Assembly: GCA_030704615.1 (NCBI GenBank)
Contig: CM060733.1
Coordinates: forward strand, 74,772,001-74,836,000
DNA: 64,000 nt
Direction of reading: 5' to 3'
DNA from: Takakia lepidozioides
Lineage: Eukaryota; Plantae; Bryophyta
Shown here one piece after another: positions 61,301-64,000 of the stretch (the first letter of the stretch is position 1; every line of letters begins with the position of its first letter). Below the pieces are notes generated by a model. The model saw only the letters and a list, made by a program, of their open reading frames with translations, ran no database searches and was not told the origin of the DNA. A program made the position numbers and the translations under genes.

Positions 61301-62059
61301 ACTACAGTTTGCATAAGATTATTGTTGTTACAGTTGTAGAGGACTGAGAGAGCTTTGGGGAGTGGCCTCACTATGTGGTATTGGCCTCTGCAGGCAAAGT
61401 CCATGCAAGACCCTGAGATTCAGGCCATTCTTTCAGACCCAATCATGCGACAGGTGAGTGTATATTGGCAGAGTGCTAACTGGCCTTCTATAAACACAAG
61501 ACCTTAAGGAGACTCAAATAACCACCCACAGTTGTAAATAGCAGCTTTGGTAGGGCATAGCTTGGATGCTTGCCTCGTTTTCATAGTTCCTGTAAAGGGT
61601 TGTGATGACACACACTTGCAGTTGAGGTGGAAGCACAGTATAAAGCTGAGGATATCAATGTCTATGTATGTCCGTGTGTTCTATGTGTTCGCGCTCATCC
61701 CACCATAAGTGTGCAGGCTGCTTGATACTGCTTTTCCTGGTATAGTCATGGGACTGATAGAAGCATGGCCGGTGCTTGATTTGTGTGAATCACCAAGCTC
61801 AGGCAATGCAGCTACAGTTTTAACTCTATCAAGTGTTGTCCATCCTGTGCTCAAGTTCAAGTCTTGATGAGTGCTTGATTTGCCCAAGTACCTTTGTATT
61901 ATGGAGAAGAAGGAATGACAAGGTTGGATGGAGAATGGTGTGCAGGTGTTGACAGATTTCCAGGAGAATCCCAAGGCTGCTCAGGAGCATATGAAGAATC
62001 CAATGGTGATGGGAAAAATACAGAAGCTGGTTAATGCTGGCATTGTGCAAGTGCGCTAA
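58321..62059 (+). CDS. HOP: Hsp70-Hsp90 organizing protein (TPR1-DP1-TPR2A-TPR2B-DP2); exons 58321-59199, 59488-59776, 59923-60008, 60168-60338, 60686-60738, 61064-61130, 61394-61453, 61946-62059 (about 572 aa); probable 5'UTR intron about 57319-58308
   Basis: Motifs [68 protein letters not shown] and [11 protein letters not shown]. Phases are consistent. Coding introns 2 and 3 are GC-AG. Confidence 0.96.
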
Positions 62060-63389
62060 CATGTCCATGTTGTTACTAATTAATTCATGTTGCTTTGGTG
62101 GGCCAAGTGAAGTGGTTTGCTGTGGGTAGCCCACGACTACGTTTAAGTGTGTCATGCTAGCCAGCTGTGTTACCAGAGGCACTAGAGTTCGTGTTACTGG
62201 AGCAGATGGGAGGGAAGAGGGACGGGGACAGTAACTGTGTGGATCCCTACCTTTGTGGTTTGTCTCAGCGATAGGCTGCAGTGCCTTTAGTCGTGGGTAG
62301 AAAATTGAGTCAGACCTGCACCATGTCCAGTCTCACTTGACTGAGCTGGCGTGTTGTGATTTTGCATACCCTTGTCAGGTAAAAGAGGGAAACTCATACT
62401 ATCCTGTTATGTTACATTTTGTTACATGCAAGCAAAGGGTTTTCTAAACTCGTGGACTGAAATTGACAAGTAATTGGCAAGTCTTAAGGTCAGGCAGGCT
62501 TGATTGAACTTTGGGAGGTGTAGAACTGTTTTTAGTTAGTCTTCAAGGACTGCTCCTGTCTGTCAAGCAAGACATTTTTTTCCAGAATTGTTACTGTCGA
62601 AGGAAACTAGTAGTGGGCCAAGGATTTTTCTGTTTCAAAGCTGGGATGTTTAGTCAGCCAAATCACACACAAAATCATTGTGCTATCTACTATCATGATT
62701 GATTGTCATCATTGTGATTTGAATACCCACTTGAAAACTGCCTGGTAAACTAGATCTGCAAGAAACAGAGAAACAAGAGGCTTTTGCTGGTTATTGCTTT
62801 GACCTAATTTAGGACCACATCTTTACATAAATACGACAACCATGATTTTCAAGATATTACCATGTTATGGCATACGGACTGCATGTTGTTGTAGGGTTTC
62901 TTGGATGCTCCTTTCAAAGAAGGTAATTGCCACAACCAGTTTGAAGAGTAACATATACCATTTAAACTTATCCATGAAGTACCACAAACTGGGGGTAAGT
63001 ACCCCAAGTTTGGCCAAAATTAGGTGAAAAGATGCAAAAGTGGGGATTTCTTTCTTTTTCTTTTTTTTAAATGAAGAGGGGACAGGCCCTGAGAGCTTTC
63101 TTTGGAATTATTATGGGGAAAAAAATAGAATCCCTTGCTACATCATGGAAGCACACACACTGATGCCAGTGAATGACGAACTTGACACCCGAGGGGCCAT
63201 GGAGCAGACCTAATTGGTCATTTGTATTCATTTGAAGATGGTTCAGGTTCCCAAATTTACTTTTTCTGATGGGGCCCTTGCATGCAGAGCCCACCAAAGT
63301 GCGATGGAGGCAGAAGAAACCTGTAGCATGTAGCCCTCAGCCCTTTTTTCTTAGGCGAAAAATAGCCAGAAAGCTACAAAAAATGTGGG

Positions 63390-63700
63390 CCCGCAACACC
63401 CCTATTCAAAAAACAGGGGCAAAAATAAAAAATATCGCCCAAAACGGGGCGGGCTTGGGCCAACTGGTGCCAGAAAGCACCAGGGGAACCCACCCTTTTC
63501 GCCTGGGAACTGGGGAGCATGGCGCCCTAAATGCAAGGGCTGGCGCCCCATCGCACCAAGAGTTAGTGCGATTTCGCCACCTGCACCTATCGCCACCGTC
63601 CGATCTCCAGCCAGTAGCCATATTGCAACCATATATAGTAGCCATATGGCCATATTGCACTGTCCCATCGCCATATTGCACAATACTTTGCATACCTGTA
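63390..63700. repeat. TE-like segment with short GCCATAT(T/G)GC and ATCGCC repeats
   Basis: GCCATAT motif occurs four times at 63617-63680; GGCGCCC is repeated. No termini identified. Confidence 0.3.
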
Positions 63701-64000
63701 GCCAGGTAGGATCCAGGTGGACATTGTACATGTCGCCACCTCTGCACTTAACCCCAAAAAAACTTCGCCACCTCCACGACTTAGGCAGAAATGAAAAAAA
63801 GGGCTGGCCCTCACCCTCATTATATACTCTCTCAAGGCGGTGGTGGAGCCTTCTAGAAGGGGCCACCGCCTCATCCCCACCACCTGATCCTTCTTCTGGA
63901 AAGCTCTAGAAGTAGAAGGATGGCCCACCTCCTACTTCTATGCCCTCCTCTACATGTGGCCTCACATTTCACCCATTCCAACATCCGTGCCCTCCCTCCC

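Overview
Eukaryotic land-plant nuclear DNA with spliceosomal introns. It is probably a non-seed plant such as a hornwort; that is inferred from the PLS-PPR/PDF relics and the TE types. Three intact spliced genes are present: YCF54/LCAA (+, 7238-9123), methionine S-methyltransferase MMT (-, 10319-18836, 12 exons, about 1080 aa) and HOP/STI1 (+, 58321-62059, 8 coding exons, about 572 aa). The left edge (1-6.6 kb) holds the end of a CACTA element inserted in a LINE ORF1 relic. Its minus-strand gene has an intron filled with a 95-bp hairpin satellite. Between MMT and HOP lies a roughly 36-kb nested TE stack. It contains a MULE-type MITE, a piggyBac transposase pseudogene split by a hAT-type MITE, and a GGATGA-rich long repeat family. 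A Pack-type CACTA (3-bp TSD CAT) carries amplified, folded-back PPR and OSB-type PDF-motif fragments, and its left end has been flipped by a 3.2-kb inversion. Nested in that CACTA's right end is a 6-kb TIR element with unusual CCCGGGGGGTGCACTC ends and an 8-bp TSD. LINE, gag, SYF1 and LDH relics are also present. There is no CRISPR array, rRNA or intact tRNA. All alignments and identities were judged by eye.
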